Shown piece by piece: positions 36,138-50,867 of a stretch of 64,000 nucleotides of DNA. The DNA comes from Antedon mediterranea (taxonomy: Eukaryota; Animalia; Echinodermata), in NCBI RefSeq assembly GCF_964355755.1, contig NC_092676.1:25500871-25564870 (forward strand), in the 5' to 3' direction. Each line of letters opens with the position of its first letter. The first letter of the stretch is position 1. Position numbers and translations under genes: made by a program. The notes beneath the pieces are model-generated. The model searched no databases. It saw only the letters and a list, made by a program, of their open reading frames with translations, and had not been told where the DNA came from.

Positions 36138-38007
36138 ACAGTATCTTGCTTACTAAATAATTGTAAACACAACTCGAATGATCTCCAAGTGGAATATTCT
36201 GTAATCATAGAAAACAATGATACAGAAGAAAATAACAATTACACTGTAAGATAGCAAATCCCCTTTGAACTTATCCAATGATAGACTATGGTATTTATGG
36301 TGCACTCAAAATCATATTGACAATCAATCTAGTGTAGCCTACACACTTTATAACCAATGATAAATATTTATTTCTAATTGATAGGTCCATTTTTATATCT
36401 TTATTTGTTGTTCTAGATAGTTTATCCGATTGTATATAGTTTAATTGTTGTTTTATTAGGATCACGTGAGTAAACACTGCACATTGCAATACAGAATTAT
36501 AAATTCTTATGAAACAAGTGCATGTTTGCCGACATCGTGGCAATTTGTTTTGAATTTCAATATTGACTATGGTAAAATTTTGGGAAAATAGGTTCAAAAG
36601 GTAAAGGGGCAACTGTATATTGCACAAGGTGTCACGTGTTTGCCGAACCGCTGCACATATACCATTATAATAAAGTTGAGTATTTGTTCATTCATTTTTT
36701 ATTGTTCCACATAAAGTAAGAAAAGAAAATGATCAAGAAAAAACCTGTCTTTGTTTATTTGTGGAATCTCAACTAAGCCAAAAAGAGCTTAAAGTCTGAG
36801 TTTCCAAAAGACATTAAGGGCCTACATTGTACATGGTAACGTAAAATTGCTTTCTAAAAAAAAACCAGAAAAGTCAAATAGATTTTATTAGAATATCAAT
36901 AGAATAGAAAAAGTAATATATAAATTCCATTCAGAGTAAACTTATTAACTATCTAATAAATATTAATGGATAAATATTTTTTGTATTTTTTTTTTCAAAA
37001 AGGTTAGTGATGATTTAATATTATATCCTTATTTTGTTTTATATATCATCGACATAAAAAAAAGCTTGCATTAAATGATCACGTGAATAAACACTGCAAT
37101 ACCCAACCAGAGGATTTTTTTAAACATTTTTATCTAATGTTAAAAATTTATAACATAAGCACCTATAGTTATTTAAAAGGAGTCAAATAATAAAATATTA
37201 GAAACTTGTTCGTATATTGTTGTCTTTATTATTTTACACACTCCAAAATATGGTTTATTATTTTTTAAAGGCCTATACGGTACCGTATTGTTTCCACCTA
37301 TTTGGCAACATGTACACCATGACATGTTGATTGTTATGTAGGCAGACAATTTATTACTTAAGGCTATACTACAAAAAGTCAAACGTTGAAAGCTTAAAGG
37401 CCAGGTGCGGGCAAAACATTTCTATTGATCATACATTCCAATAATTATCGATCTATAGTTTCCCCTATGTTTCATAATTTTTTGGGATTTTATTTGTGTT
37501 ACACGAGCTTGTTGAAAATAAGCACTTTCTTATCAGTGGGGGGATAGTTCAAATTACACAGTAAAATCTCTATTCTTTTGTACACACATTTTGTAAATAG
37601 AGAGGCATTTTTTAAAAGCTATGAAAAATAAACGGTGTGGTAAAAAATGTTATCAGATGACTAAATATAGGTAATATAACTTGAATATTACATTTCTGAT
37701 ATTTTTATTCAACTTCAGATATTTATTTTCATGCAAAAGCAAAAATTATCCACCGTATATCCCCCATCTTTTTTCACCGTCTAGGGAGTCACAAGACATG
37801 TTATTACAAAAAATTGATTTGTATTGATATAAGGAAGCAAAAAAACATTGTTGGCATAGTTTGGTAGAGGGTGCAGGTAAACCCCTTCTGGCTCCCCAAA
37901 TATACGTAGGTCGCACAATCAGCATCTTGATACTACTGTACTTTATTCCTCTCTTTAAAGTGTAGACCTATAGCTATAGGCCTATGTACTTAATAGCAAT
38001 GTTAGAT

Positions 38008-38664
38008 AAACATGTCGGCGATATACAAGAATGCTAAGATCAATAGAATGCATAGAATAGATGATGGATGTGTTCTATACAGTGATACACTCACAAAGAG
38101 TGTCGTAATGTGTAATAATAAATTTGAAGAAATCTCTCAATTTGGGAAACAAATATTGAAAGTCCTCCCTAAATGTTTAACGGTTAACAATGATATTCTT
38201 ATACGTAGCAGAGGCACACAGTGTTTTTAATTTCGATATTGACGATGGTAACCTTCTGGGTAAGATAGGTTCAAAAGGTAGTGAAGAAGGACAACTGTAT
38301 ATTCCACAATATGTCACCCTAATAAGGGAAGGTAATTTAATGATTACTGAGTCTGGTAATAATAGAATACAACTGTTTGATGCAAATGGTACGTATTTAG
38401 AAACACTTATTGATCCGGGCGAAGAAGATGGGAAAGTCCTTTGTGTATAGTAATGGACACGGATGAAAATATAATTGTATCCAGTGCTCATAAACTACAA
38501 TTATTTGATAAAAAATGGTGTTTTTGTCAAACGAATAGATAATAAAGATGATGGAATTTGATGAAATTAAATTTCCATGCGGCATTACAATAATCGCTAA
38601 TAGACCAAGAAGACTGACAATTGCAAACTTAGGAGAAAATAATGTTAAAATATTTAATTACTAA
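38008..38664 (+). pseudogene. NHL fragment B, unit 2
   Basis: Duplicate of 23001-23657. Confidence 0.9.
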
Positions 38665-40294
38665 CCAGTATCTTGCTTACTAAATAATTGTAAACACAAC
38701 TCGAATGATCTCCAAGTGGAATATTCTGTAATCATAGAAAACAATGATACAGAAGAAAATAACAATTACACTGTAAGATAGCAAATCCCCTTTGAACTTA
38801 TCCAATGATAAACTATAGTATTTATGGTGTTGGGGATTTTTTAGAAAATTTTCAAAAGATTAAGTGTTTCTTTCTGCTAATGTGTAGGTTTATTTATGTG
38901 CCGCAATTAATATTAATTGCACTCAAAATCATATTGACAATCTACTGTACATACTTGAACCCAATGATAAATATTTATTTCTAATTTTTATATCTTTATT
39001 TGTTGTTCTAGATATTTGTATTTGTATATAGGCCTAGATTGAGTGCTGTTTTATTAGGATCGCGTGAATAAACACTGCACATTGCAATACAGAAACAAGT
39101 TTATTATCGGGGCAATTTGTTTTTAATTTCAATATTGACGATGGTAAAATGTTGGGAAAATAGGTTCAAAAGGGGCAACTGTACAAGGTGTCACGTGTTT
39201 GTCAAAGCGCTGCATTATATACCGTTATAATAAAGTTGAGTATTTGTTCATTCATTTTTTTATTGTTCCACATAAAGTAAGAAAAAAAAGATCAAGAAAA
39301 AACCTGATTAAGTCTTTGTTTATGTGTGGAATCTCAAATAAGCCAATGAGGTCTTTAAGGCTGAGTTTCCAAAACACATTGGGCCTACATTGTACATGGT
39401 AACGTAGAATTGCTTTCTAAAAAAAAAAGAAGAAAAAAATCCAAACAGATTTTATTTGATATCAATAGAATAGACAAAGTAAGATATAAATTCCATAGGA
39501 GTAAACTTATTAACTATCTAATCAATATTAATGGTTAAATATTTTTGTATTTTTGTTTTAATGTTATATCCTTAATTTGTTTTGTATATCACCGACATAA
39601 AAAAAACGCTTGCATTAAATGATCACGTGAATAAACACTGCAATAACACCAGAGGATGTTGTTAATTCGCTTTTTATTTCTATAATGTTAATATATATTT
39701 TAATTATAAACATAAGCGCCTATAGTTATTTAAAGTGAGTCAAATGATACAATGTTAAACTTGTTTGTATTTTGTTTGTCTTCATTATTTTACACACTCC
39801 AAAATATGGTTGTATTATTATTGATAATGCCTTTCTGTTATGACTTATGTTATTCGGTGAAATGATATTCACCATGTTGATTGTAGGCAGACAATAAATA
39901 ATATATCGATACGATTATTATTACTTTTTAGGCCCTATACTAAAAAAAAGTCAAACGTTAAAAAATTAATTGTATTTTATTACACTTAAGTCTCATTTAT
40001 ATTATTGTAGCAAATTACTTTGATGTCCTATATTATCTTTTTCTTCTTTCGAAAGAATGATAACTTTGTTTTCCTTTATATGTCCGATAAACTCTCTTTT
40101 AATTCACTAATTTGAATGTCTAAATCTGTTTTTGTACGGGATAACGCCGATTCAAGTTCTTTCGTCGTAGGTTCAAGATTTCGTATTTTTTCGGTAGAGT
40201 TTTGTATGTATGTGTGGCCTTGTTCGTTAGGTTTAATAATCTCTACTTTAAATTTTAAATGTTAAAATGTTTTAATTACTAAACAGCATTATAC

Positions 40295-42781
40295 AAACTG
40301 AAACTACACCGAATGAATGGAATGAAGGGATAATTATCCCAATATTTTAAAAAGGAGATCGACGTGATCTCAACAACTATCGAGGTATCACACTTAATTC
40401 ACGTGTTTCTAAAATTTATTATCGAATTATTGTATATAATATTTCTTAAATTTTAGAAGAAAATGACATCCTTGGTGAAGTCCAATGGGGCTTTCGGACA
40501 GACAGATGTGAAGACCCCATTTTTGTCTTGAAAAGCATTATCGCCACAAGGCGTGCTGAGGGTAAAAAAAACATTTCTAGTCTTTTTGAACTTTAAAAAA
40601 GCCTTTGTTTCAGTTTGGCGATAAGGGTTAATTACTGCTGCCAAAAGAATTGGTATCCGTGGTAAACTTCTTAACTTAATAAGAAATATGTACTATGATT
40701 GATGAGTTTTGTTCAATGACTTTAGTCATTTTAGCATTAATGAAGGAGTGAAACAAGGCTGTTCATTGTCACCAGTTCTTTTTCTATTTACATTAACGAA
40801 CTAAATAACCTAATCAAAAGTTATAAACTAGGTGTTCAAATCTATGACACACAAATAGGTGCAATATTCTTTGCTGATGACGTGGTTTTTAATCGGTGAC
40901 AATGAGTCAGAACTTGTGAAACTACTTAAAGTAACAAGTGATTATTCACAAAAATGGAAATTAGAGTTTAATTTTGACAAATCAAATGTGCTCAGGTCAC
41001 AGGGCAAAGAGTTAATCCACATAGAACATGGAGCCTTGGTAATCATTATATCACAGAAATGGAAATGTATAAATATCTTGGTGTAATAATATTACGTTCA
41101 TACAGATTCAGACAATATCGTTACAATTTGTTTTTGTTTTTTGGGCCTATTGTAAACCAAGTGTTTTAAAACTACTTATATAAAAAATCCTGTACCCTAA
41201 TCTTAAATACAGTTACATATTACAAATAAGGGATAATAACTCTTAACTTTTGTGGAAAAATAAAGCGTTTTGGTTAAGTAGTTTTTTAGCAAATGTAATT
41301 TTAGTTTTAATGTTACATTCTGACTGCTCAGGAAAGGTTTGGCGACTTCGAAAATTTTCCCCTATCCTTTAACACTATCCGGTCACTGACAAACCAAAAC
41401 ACTGCTTCAAAAAAGGGGCTGTGCCGACAAAGTATCTGAACCAATCACATTTTACATTAGGTCATTAGAAAGCTTGATTGATTAGCTTTTGCATGGTGGA
41501 ACAGCCAATATCATTGGATAACTAGGTCAAACGTTATGAACGTTTTTGTAAAAATCTCAACAAATTGGCAGAACAAGCCTATTCTTTAAAACAGGGCAAT
41601 TTTCAAATCGTCTAACTTTAAAAATCAATGCCGACGAAGTTTTTTTAAATTAAAATATTAAAAAATGTTTAAAATAACATGTTATTGTAGGTACTTAATT
41701 AGGCATTACAATGTCGAAACAGCCATAAAAATCGGTCAATTAATAACAAAGTTACATTGAAAAACCAAAAAAATTGCTGTTTTTTGGTGATTTCATGCCG
41801 TTTAGCGGAAATCGCCCGGATTTTTGGGTACATAAAACAAATAATAAAAAAGGGAAATAGGATAATAGCCTATAGCTTATTACCTCTATTGTAAACAATC
41901 AGAATGATTTCAATAGGGTATAGCATACTACGGTCATCTTTTATGGAGAACAAGGACTACCAACAATTAATTACGCCTCTGCAATATGGTTATGTAACTT
42001 TAAAGGCTCACTAAATAAGTTAGAAAATTTACAATACCAAATGGCTTTGAAGGCACCAAGAAACGTTGATGGTGACCTAGGATGGGAGACACTCTACACC
42101 ATTCAAAATAAGTTTGGGATGTCCTACTTTAACAGAATTTAAAATATGGACGACCAAATGTGTCAAAAACTCCTATGTAAATCTATAATGGATGTAGAAG
42201 CTAAGGTGAAATGGAAGTGGATTAACCATATCAAAGATTTATTATGTAAATTTGATTTAGGAAATAAGTTTAATTTAAATCCGGAAAGTCAATGGTTTAA
42301 GAGTTTTACACATGCCAACTCTCTAGAAAATATTAAGGAATGGTTAAAAGGTGCATAAACAAAGTAAACCCTCTCCGAATATTTGAAATATAAACACGAA
42401 CCTAAAGCATGCTTGATATGGTGAATTTTGACTCCTTTAGTTTAAAGTTTAAAGCGAGGTCTAACTCTCTTGATTTAGAAGGTAGATAAAATACATGGTC
42501 AGAAAATGAGCCTGGTTTTTGCAAGCTATGCAACAATCAGGTAATTTAAACTACAGACCATTTTCTACTTGAATGTTCAAACCTTAAAAATGTAGGAGAT
42601 ACACATTTTAACTAAAAATTGATTTATTGTATTGTGGTTATGATACATTCTGGGAGAATTTTAGAAGTGGTACAATCGACTACCAACATCATATTTCCAT
42701 TTGAGAGAATAGGTGAAATTGTAGACAATCACTGTAAACAATACTTAGCTGCTGCATGGAGACATAGAAAGACTACACTTA
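40295..42781 (+). mobile_element. Decayed non-LTR retrotransposon, unit 3 copy
   Basis: Colinear duplicate of 10070-12570. Confidence 0.85.
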
Positions 42782-44116
42782 TATAATTATATATATAATA
42801 TATAAATGTTTACCGCCCACCATATTATCTACTAACTTTTATTTTACCATTTATCTAATTCAATAATATATATATTATATATATTTTTTTAAATTTTGTT
42901 TTCTTTCTCCAAAATTATATAATCTAACCTAAATCTAAATTAAATAATATAAATAAATAATACAGTACGAAAAATAAGACTAAATAATATAAAAATAGTA
43001 TCACGTTTAATTAAATTACAAATAACTATTAAAATTAAATATAATAAGAACAAATAATCATATAACAGTTGCATTAATTTTAATAACAACAGTATATTAA
43101 AATTAATTATCAATTATATTTTTTAATAATAATAATGATAATATTCGCTTTAAACTTGAAAATATTAATAATATTGACAACAAAAATAATGATAATAAAT
43201 AGATAATAAAATTAACTACATCATATAGGTCATATAGATTGTTCGATCTGTAAGATTATCTTGTTTTTACTATTTCATTTTACTTGTATAATTCGCTTCT
43301 TATTTAAGACTTAAATGTCTTTTCTTTTTGTGTTTAAATTGCCTTATAAACGCTGATACAAAAGCGTTTGTTCAATAAAAGTTTTAGTTTTTTAGCATCA
43401 TACTTATAAAATAATTGTAAACTCGGATCGAATGACCTTTAACAGTCCAATAGGAATATTGTGTAAACATAGCAAACGATAAAGCAAATATCAATACATT
43501 AACTTTAAAGCAATATCTCTCTTTGAACTCAGTTTATGATTACAAATGGATTGTTTCGAAAATTTACCAAAAAAAGATAGGCCTAATTTGATGATTGGAG
43601 TGTTGGTTTTCTTGCTAATCATTTTATATGTATTTGTCAAACGTTCCGCCTACTAATAGTAAATATATTGGTTTGCTTTTGCACTCATTAGGTTCATAGT
43701 TACCACCTTTATAAAGAGTATCTGACTAAACAAACAAGGTAGATGAAACTCCCTAAAAACAAAATGTTAAATATAACGTTGAGAGGAATACGGTGTGAGT
43801 AAAAGAAACTAGATTTAATTCATCCCTATGACGAATTATAAGTTATATGCATTGATTTAAATAAGGATAATTTAATTTTTTAAAGATAGTAATTCATTGA
43901 TTTTGTCAGAATTTATAATTAGTAAAGAAAGATAAAATCTTGTTGCCGCAAACACTGAACATCGAGCCACCATACACAACCAGAGATCCTTCCGCGTACG
44001 TCGTAAACCATTATGCATATAGATAATTACAATAATGAAAACATAAATCACTTTTCTCAAAATTTCATTATAAATCATACGTATAACTTATACACTAAGA
44101 AATCAAATTGAACAAA

Positions 44117-45663
44117 CTAGATGGCACGCTCGCTTCGCTCGCGTACCATCTAGGTCGTGCCCACAGATGGTTCTCGAATACACAGTATTTCCAGCGAGAA
44201 AAAAATGGAGATTTCAAATGTACGTACCGCAGGACTATAATACATTGTCGTTTACAGAAACGAATAAATATACACAATGATTTATGTAGTCAACCAAAAT
44301 TAGCACCCTGGGAATTACTTCCGAGAGAGAAACAAATTTTTTTATTCGGACTCATTTAAACAAACCCAATTTGTGTTTTGTATGTAACATTAAGGGTTGA
44401 GGGATGGGGAAAGAAGATAGGTACAAAGAGGAAACATTTTAAAATATATTCTTATCCACTCAGTAACGAAATATTGTTTTTAATGTTTTATAGGCCTATA
44501 AATAATATACCACTAAATACAGTAAAACATTTACGATTTAATACGGTACTTTGTTAAAACTCTCACTGTCATAGTCGATTGAAATAGTAAAGTACATGTA
44601 ACGATACACCACTACGACGTTTATATATTTTTAAATTATTAATTAATACAAACGTTGAGAAGCAACTGTCAGTAATAACGTTTATTTATTTGTATATTAT
44701 ATGTTTATAATCTAACAGTAGGGCCTACCCACACTCACAGTAATAAAGTTTATTTGTATATATTTTATATTACATCTAACAGTACCAACACTCACAGTAA
44801 GAAATTTGCGATTCAAATTGCGATCAAAAGTGGTTAATACCTTAACAGTATTGTACAGCATTGCAGTACTATTTATGTTTATTCTCCAAGGGGGCCCATA
44901 AATCTAAATCTATACCTCTATGGTTGAACCAAATAATTTGGAATGTTTATTTGTATATTATATGTTTATAATCTAACAGTAGGGCCTACCCACACTCACA
45001 GTAATAAAGTTTATTTGTATATATTTTTATATTACATCTAACAGTACCAACACTCACAGTAAGACATTTGCGATTCAAATTGCGATCAAAAGTGGTTAAT
45101 ACCTTAACAGTATTGTACAGCATTGCAATACTATTTATGTTTATTCTCCAAGGAGGCCCATAAATCTAAATCTATACCTGTATGGTTAAACCAAATAATT
45201 TGGAATGTTCCATTCATCACAAATCAATACATTTGTAAAAACGTATATTAAATGTATCAAAATAGTATTTTTTAAAGAAAATCGGCCTGTCTTCAACATT
45301 ATGATGCTGTACTCGAACTGTTCAACCGGTTTTCAGCTATTAAAAACAATTATCGTAGGAGGAGATAGAAAAATGCGAAGCCTCCTCGCATTTTTGTGGC
45401 GGGTATTTTTCAAGATGGACATCCATTAGACAGTGTATACCACGATCGGAAAACACCCCTATTTGGGGCAAATCTTTGAACCTAAATTCGTTTTAATCGT
45501 CAATAACTAATTATCTAACTTAATTTAATTAGTAAACAGGGTTACATCAGGCGGTTAAAATCAGTACCGAAAGTACGAACCAACTTTACATACCATCGAG
45601 TAAAAATTCTAAAAGTAAGGCGCGATTTACCGAATTTTGCCCTTACGTAAATTTATATATAGA
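44117..45663 (-). mobile_element. Non-autonomous Helitron, 1547 bp, unit 3 only
   Basis: Minus strand begins TCTATATATAAAT and ends CTAG after a terminal hairpin; inserted at A^T in the empty site AACAAA|TGCGG with no target duplication. Confidence 0.9.
44684..45209. repeat. ~262-bp tandem duplication inside the Helitron
   Basis: GGGCCTACCCACACTCACAG at 44721 and 44982; AAATAATTTGGAATGTT at 44931 and 45193. Confidence 0.9.
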
Positions 45664-46356
45664 TGCGGATATAAAACAAAATATTTATTCGTAAACGCGA
45701 TCTCGGTACCACGAATATTATTAGACGTGATCAATTTGGAATATTGACATTCATTAGAATTTAAAAAACATCTACTTTGTACACCAATGTATCATATATA
45801 ATAATTGTCATAGTAAGTCTAAAACAAGCAAAATTCCATTCATTCGGTTGTCACTCGTGACTTCATCTCCTGACTAATGTAAAATAATTCATCAATTATT
45901 AATAAACAATACAATATCAGTATTACTTTTTGGTACTAGAGGTCAAATGAAAATAAGATCAAATTGTTTATCTTACCCTTTGTACGTCAAAATTGTACAA
46001 GATATCTAAAAATTAGGCTTTACAAATAACTTTTAAAAATGGAGGTCCCCTTTTATTCCGAGAAGCTCATAGAGATTTAAAAAAATGGCATGTTTACACA
46101 AATAATTGTTTAGCTTGACGTGGAAATTTAAAGAAAACAATATAACTGTATCAGCTTTATAAAGCAAGTTTTTATTATGTGAATAATATTTAAAAAAATG
46201 TGAGATTGAAATGTGCTTAGATAATAGGTACAAAAAATCTGTACGAAGAGAAAGATCTGCCGAAATTCAGAAAATAGGAATTGAGAATAGGAAGTCTGGT
46301 GATAGCTTTTGCAATGTGAAATTTCATTACTTGCAGATGAATCATACATAAATTCA

Positions 46357-47250
46357 TCAATCGAAATTTATACTATCTATATCTTCATAACTTAGGCCTT
46401 GATAATAATAAAACGGTATTCCGTTGTTTCCTCTATCTCCTGCAGCTTCACCCTCCTCATCCTGCTGCTGCTCCTCTTGTTCACACTGCTGCTCCTCTTC
46501 ATCATCCTGCTGCTCCTCCTCACCCTCCTCTGGTCGATGAACCGAATGAAGATTATTTAATGATATACAGACAATTTCTATCAACCGATTTCGTCTTCGG
46601 AATGGATTCATTAGTGCTAAAAACTTTGTTTTAATCCCCTTTCTGTTTTTCTTTTTTATTCTTATTTTAAGATTTGTTATTTTCTTAGCTCGAGCCTTTA
46701 AATCTCTTTCAACACTGGATACTTCTGTAATCCTTTGTGTAAGCGTACTTTCAAGATTTTGTAGTTGTTGAGTAACGTTTTGTAATTCATTTTTTAGTTC
46801 GTCCCTCGTTCTTGCAAGGTCTTCAATTTGTATAGCTCGGGCATCTGAATTTGTCATCATCTCATCCATCATTGATTTAATTTCATTTAGGCCTTGTTCA
46901 TTTTCTACCTTGTTAAGAGCATCTTTCAGTCTTTCAATGTTCATGTTGTTTCTAGTAAAAGTTCGCCCTGATTCTATAGCTTTAATCAAGCATTCCTTAG
47001 CGTTATTAACCAAAAAATCCGGTGGAAGTTCTTCTAAACCATTCATTGGAATTTGGGTTTCCCTTCTACACAAAGCACATTCAATTTTGAATTCATTAGG
47101 GTCCTCTCTACATTCTTCATATTGAATTATGCATTTTAAGCAAAACGAGTGTCCACACAAAAGACGTTTAGGCTGTTCCATTTGCTCCAAACACATTTTA
47201 CATTGAGTAATCTCCTTTAAAAATGTAATTGGGTCGTCTGGCTCTGCCAT
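46357..47250 (-). CDS. RING-coiled-coil gene A, unit 3 copy, 297 aa
   Basis: Protein identical to the unit 2 copy. Confidence 0.85.
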   Translation of the reverse strand: MAEPDDPITFLKEITQCKMCLEQMEQPKRLLCGHSFCLKCIIQYEECREDPNEFKIECALCRRETQIPMNGLEELPPDFLVNNAKECLIKAIESGRTFTRNNMNIERLKDALNKVENEQGLNEIKSMMDEMMTNSDARAIQIEDLARTRDELKNELQNVTQQLQNLESTLTQRITEVSSVERDLKARAKKITNLKIRIKKKNRKGIKTKFLALMNPFRRRNRLIEIVCISLNNLHSVHRPEEGEEEQQDDEEEQQCEQEEQQQDEEGEAAGDRGNNGIPFYYYQGLSYEDIDSINFD

Positions 47251-47808
47251 GTTGTACTTACTTACGATTTAAACTTTTAGCCCTTATATAATAACTTTAT
47301 AGGGAGCTGACCTGCTTTCTTCGGTAAAAACAGTAACCAGTCAAATTGATTAACGGACAACCACGTTTCGTACGTCTCACCACGTTTCAGTACAGTTTAA
47401 TTATTCTGCGTTATTTCCACCACGATACATTTCCGCGCCTATATTTTGTAAGCATCAGTTTAGGTATCAGTTCGTAGACAAAGATTGTCATCTAGAATAA
47501 ACAAGGTCTTCCTTTTATTTATTATCAATGATGTGATTATTTATCAAAAGACAAAACTTATCTGTTACTGTCCATCGGTTTCCTACCCTAAAAAACTTTC
47601 CATCGGGTAAATCCACTTGAATGTTGGATATTTGAAGATGAATATGCGTCTTTTAAACACCCCCATTTGTAATGGGTTCGTCGGTGCATGTCATTTCGTG
47701 AGTGGCTGGCCGCCACAACAATAAAACAGGTCAGATAAAAGATCTCTGAATACAATTTTCGGCATCGATTATTGTTTTCGACTTTCGACAATTCATTTTC
47801 ACGTCAAA

Positions 47809-48936
47809 ATGTCAACATACGCGGATTCGGAGGAATTGGTTAGATTTTCTACAATATGTTCAATGTGCCGTGAAACAAAGGTAGATCCCAGACTTCTTGA
47901 ATGTGGTCATTCGTTTTGCTGTAATTGTTTAGATCAGAAACATAAAACCATGCAAAAGGCGAGTAAATCATTCTTTGCTGTCGATACTAACATTAGGTGT
48001 GTTGTCTGTCATAGTTCAAGTATAATTCCTAAAAAGGGTGCTAAGGAACTTCAAAAGCCTAATTTGATTGCTACCGCAACTGAATGTTTTAATATAGCTC
48101 AGCAAAATGCATTCATTTTTGTTAAACTTCCAGCATGCACAAACCCTCTTCATAACGATGTCTTGTGGTGTGAAACATGTATGGTTTACATATGCAGTAG
48201 GTGTTCACATAGGCCTAGGCGAGAAGATCATAATCAGTACTGCCACTTTAGTTCAAATATCGATTTCTTAGAGGCCCATGAAAAGGTGAAACAAAGAATA
48301 CGCAAAATTGAAAGAGAAAATAAACTATTAAAAGAGTCCAATGAATCAATAGGACAAAAAAAGGAACAAAGAGCCAGGCAACAAGTACAAAAACTTCAAC
48401 GATTGAAAACACAGAGCGACAGTGACTTACAAACGGCCAAGCAACAAGTACAAGAACTTCAACGATTGAAAACACAGAGCGACCGTGACTTACAAAGGGC
48501 CAAGCAACAAGTACAAGAACTTCAACAATTGAATGAACAAACCGAGAGTGACTTTAGAAACGCTTATGAAAGAATACAACATGTTGATTTAACGTTGGAA
48601 AAAGTAAACCAGCTTAGAGACAATTCTGAAACACAAACTAGAGACATACACGATCTTGAACAAATAAAAGAACAAAACAATAGTGTAGTACAAAACGTAA
48701 AACAAAAAATAGAAGATCTTGAAGGTAAGATGGAAGAAATTAACCTGAAAACTTCCAGTCTTAAAGAAGATTCTGATGCTCAAACTAAAAATTTAGAAAT
48801 TCTTGAAAGAAAGCAAGAACAAATTGAATTACAAGAGCACACTCAAAAAAGAAAAAAGAAAATAAATGTTTTTTCTGCAGCGAGAAATCGATTCCGAAGA
48901 CGAAGACATAATTCTTTCGATGATTTCATTGGGTGA
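47809..48936 (+). CDS. RING-B-box-like-coiled-coil gene B, unit 3
   Basis: Intact 375-aa ORF, protein identical to unit 2. Confidence 0.88.
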   Translation: MSTYADSEELVRFSTICSMCRETKVDPRLLECGHSFCCNCLDQKHKTMQKASKSFFAVDTNIRCVVCHSSSIIPKKGAKELQKPNLIATATECFNIAQQNAFIFVKLPACTNPLHNDVLWCETCMVYICSRCSHRPRREDHNQYCHFSSNIDFLEAHEKVKQRIRKIERENKLLKESNESIGQKKEQRARQQVQKLQRLKTQSDSDLQTAKQQVQELQRLKTQSDRDLQRAKQQVQELQQLNEQTESDFRNAYERIQHVDLTLEKVNQLRDNSETQTRDIHDLEQIKEQNNSVVQNVKQKIEDLEGKMEEINLKTSSLKEDSDAQTKNLEILERKQEQIELQEHTQKRKKKINVFSAARNRFRRRRHNSFDDFIG

Positions 48937-50548
48937 AGACAGCTTGTGCGGCAAGATGCGGAGCAATCAAAACTCAAACAGTAGCCTACATTGTATTACA
49001 AATTCACGTGTAGATCTCAGTAAATTATCACATTTTGTAAATTTCAGAACAAACAATTTAGGTTCTTTGGATTTTTAGGCCATAATGTAGAGTAAATGAG
49101 TAAATAAAGTAATAAACTCCCAATTCTAAACTTGTTTTCAAAATTTAATGTAACATTATCGGAGTTTAATAATCAAATCTAGCTAAACCATGTACGCCTA
49201 CAGTTGTTTTTTTTTCCCAGTCTTTTTGCAATTGTGTGAGCTGGGACAAATATTTATTAGAAAGTCGATTAATTAAATATGTATAATTTAGTTAAATTGA
49301 AGTTTCCCTGTTGTTTGTAATAATTGGAAGCTACAATTACGTTGTTAGTATTCTTTTAAATACGATATCACCAGACGTTTTATTGTTGTTGTTTCCGGCG
49401 CGGAAAATATGGGTGCACACTGAAAGGCGGAAAAAACGATGCCAGCTCATTATTTCACTTTTTAAACAATACAAAAATGTTTAATTACAAACATCATGTA
49501 GACCTTTCTTTTAAAACTATTTATCAAGAGTAAAAGAAATTAGAAATGTTGGGATATTTTTTGTTTAACGAAAATGTCGGGAGGAAATTGTATTTTATCG
49601 GAAGATTATTCAAAAAAAGTAAGGTATGCTTTTCAATCAAATTTTAGAATTAATAAATTGATACTAAACTGTATATGAAGATAACTTTTATTGACTATTG
49701 TATTATTTTTTCTCTGTGTTAGTTTCAACATCTTGCAAGCATATCATCGTATGAGTATTAACTACTAATAAACAGGTGCAATAAATTAAATTTAACCCCC
49801 ATTATAGATAAGCCGATAGTTTGAATCAATAACGAGGCATATACTGACCGTATTAATTCGTAATTAATTTCTGTAATTTTTGGAAAGTGCCGAAAACGTT
49901 ACAGTTAAATCAATTAACCCATATCAGGATTACTGTACATTGGTCCAATTGTTTTTTCCCCATTAGACTGCACGCATCCGTACTGGGGTATAAAAATGAC
50001 TGTAATTCATTGCACTCGAAATGTTTAAAGTTTGAAACATTATCCGCCATCCCTGGAGGGAGGTTGGAGGGTTTGGGTGGGGGAGTAATGGCGTTTCAAA
50101 ATTACCGGAATCAGTGTACGAATGTTTTAAATACATTGAAAACTGCCAGGGAGAGGTTGTGGGTTGTGACGGTAATGGAGTATCAACATGGCCAGAATTA
50201 CTCTGAATTTGTTTGCAGTTGTCCGATTTAGTTGGGAAACGGAAACTCATAGTCCCCCAGTCTTCATTTCATAAATCTTACTTTGTATAAAAGTACTATG
50301 TGGTTTATTCGAGTATAATATGCATATTCATTATAATTGAACATAACGATATTGCAACAAGTGATCTATAAATTGTGAACTTGCCGGTACTGTCAACAGA
50401 TAAAGTGATAAAATGTCTAGATTAAAAACTAATAGCGTCAATTATGATTTCGCTTTTGATTAGGTTTATTCACAAACTATAATGTTTGTGACTTCGTAAG
50501 AATTTACAAAGTTAAGTTGTGTTCAGGACCACCATCGGAAACTCACAA

Positions 50549-50867
50549 GTGAGTGAGTGGCCGAGCGGTTAAGACAGTGGAACCGTAATCACGTAGCCGT
50601 AACATCGGCAGGGGTTCGAGGCTCACTCACTCCATGGTTCTGGTGGTAGAACGAGTCTTCTCGGATAAGGACTATAAACCGTAGGTCCAGTGTACACAAC
50701 TTGCTCGTGTGCACTTTAAAGAACCTAGTACATCTTTCGAGACGAGTAGGGGGTTACCCCGGTGTATTAGTACATCACAGCCACTGATCACCAACTGGGC
50801 CCTCTGGGAGATCAGTCTTTGACTGAAGAGGTCACCCAGTATAAAGATAAAACAAACAAACAAACAA
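50549..50867 (+). mobile_element. Full-length tRNA-derived SINE, unit 3 copy
   Basis: Same element at the same site as 33998-34316. Confidence 0.9.

Larger units (their letters stand above)
23803..38809 (+). repeat. Tandem segmental duplication unit 2 (~15.0 kb)
   Basis: ORF offset 15007 (23005 vs 38012). Confidence 0.95.
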
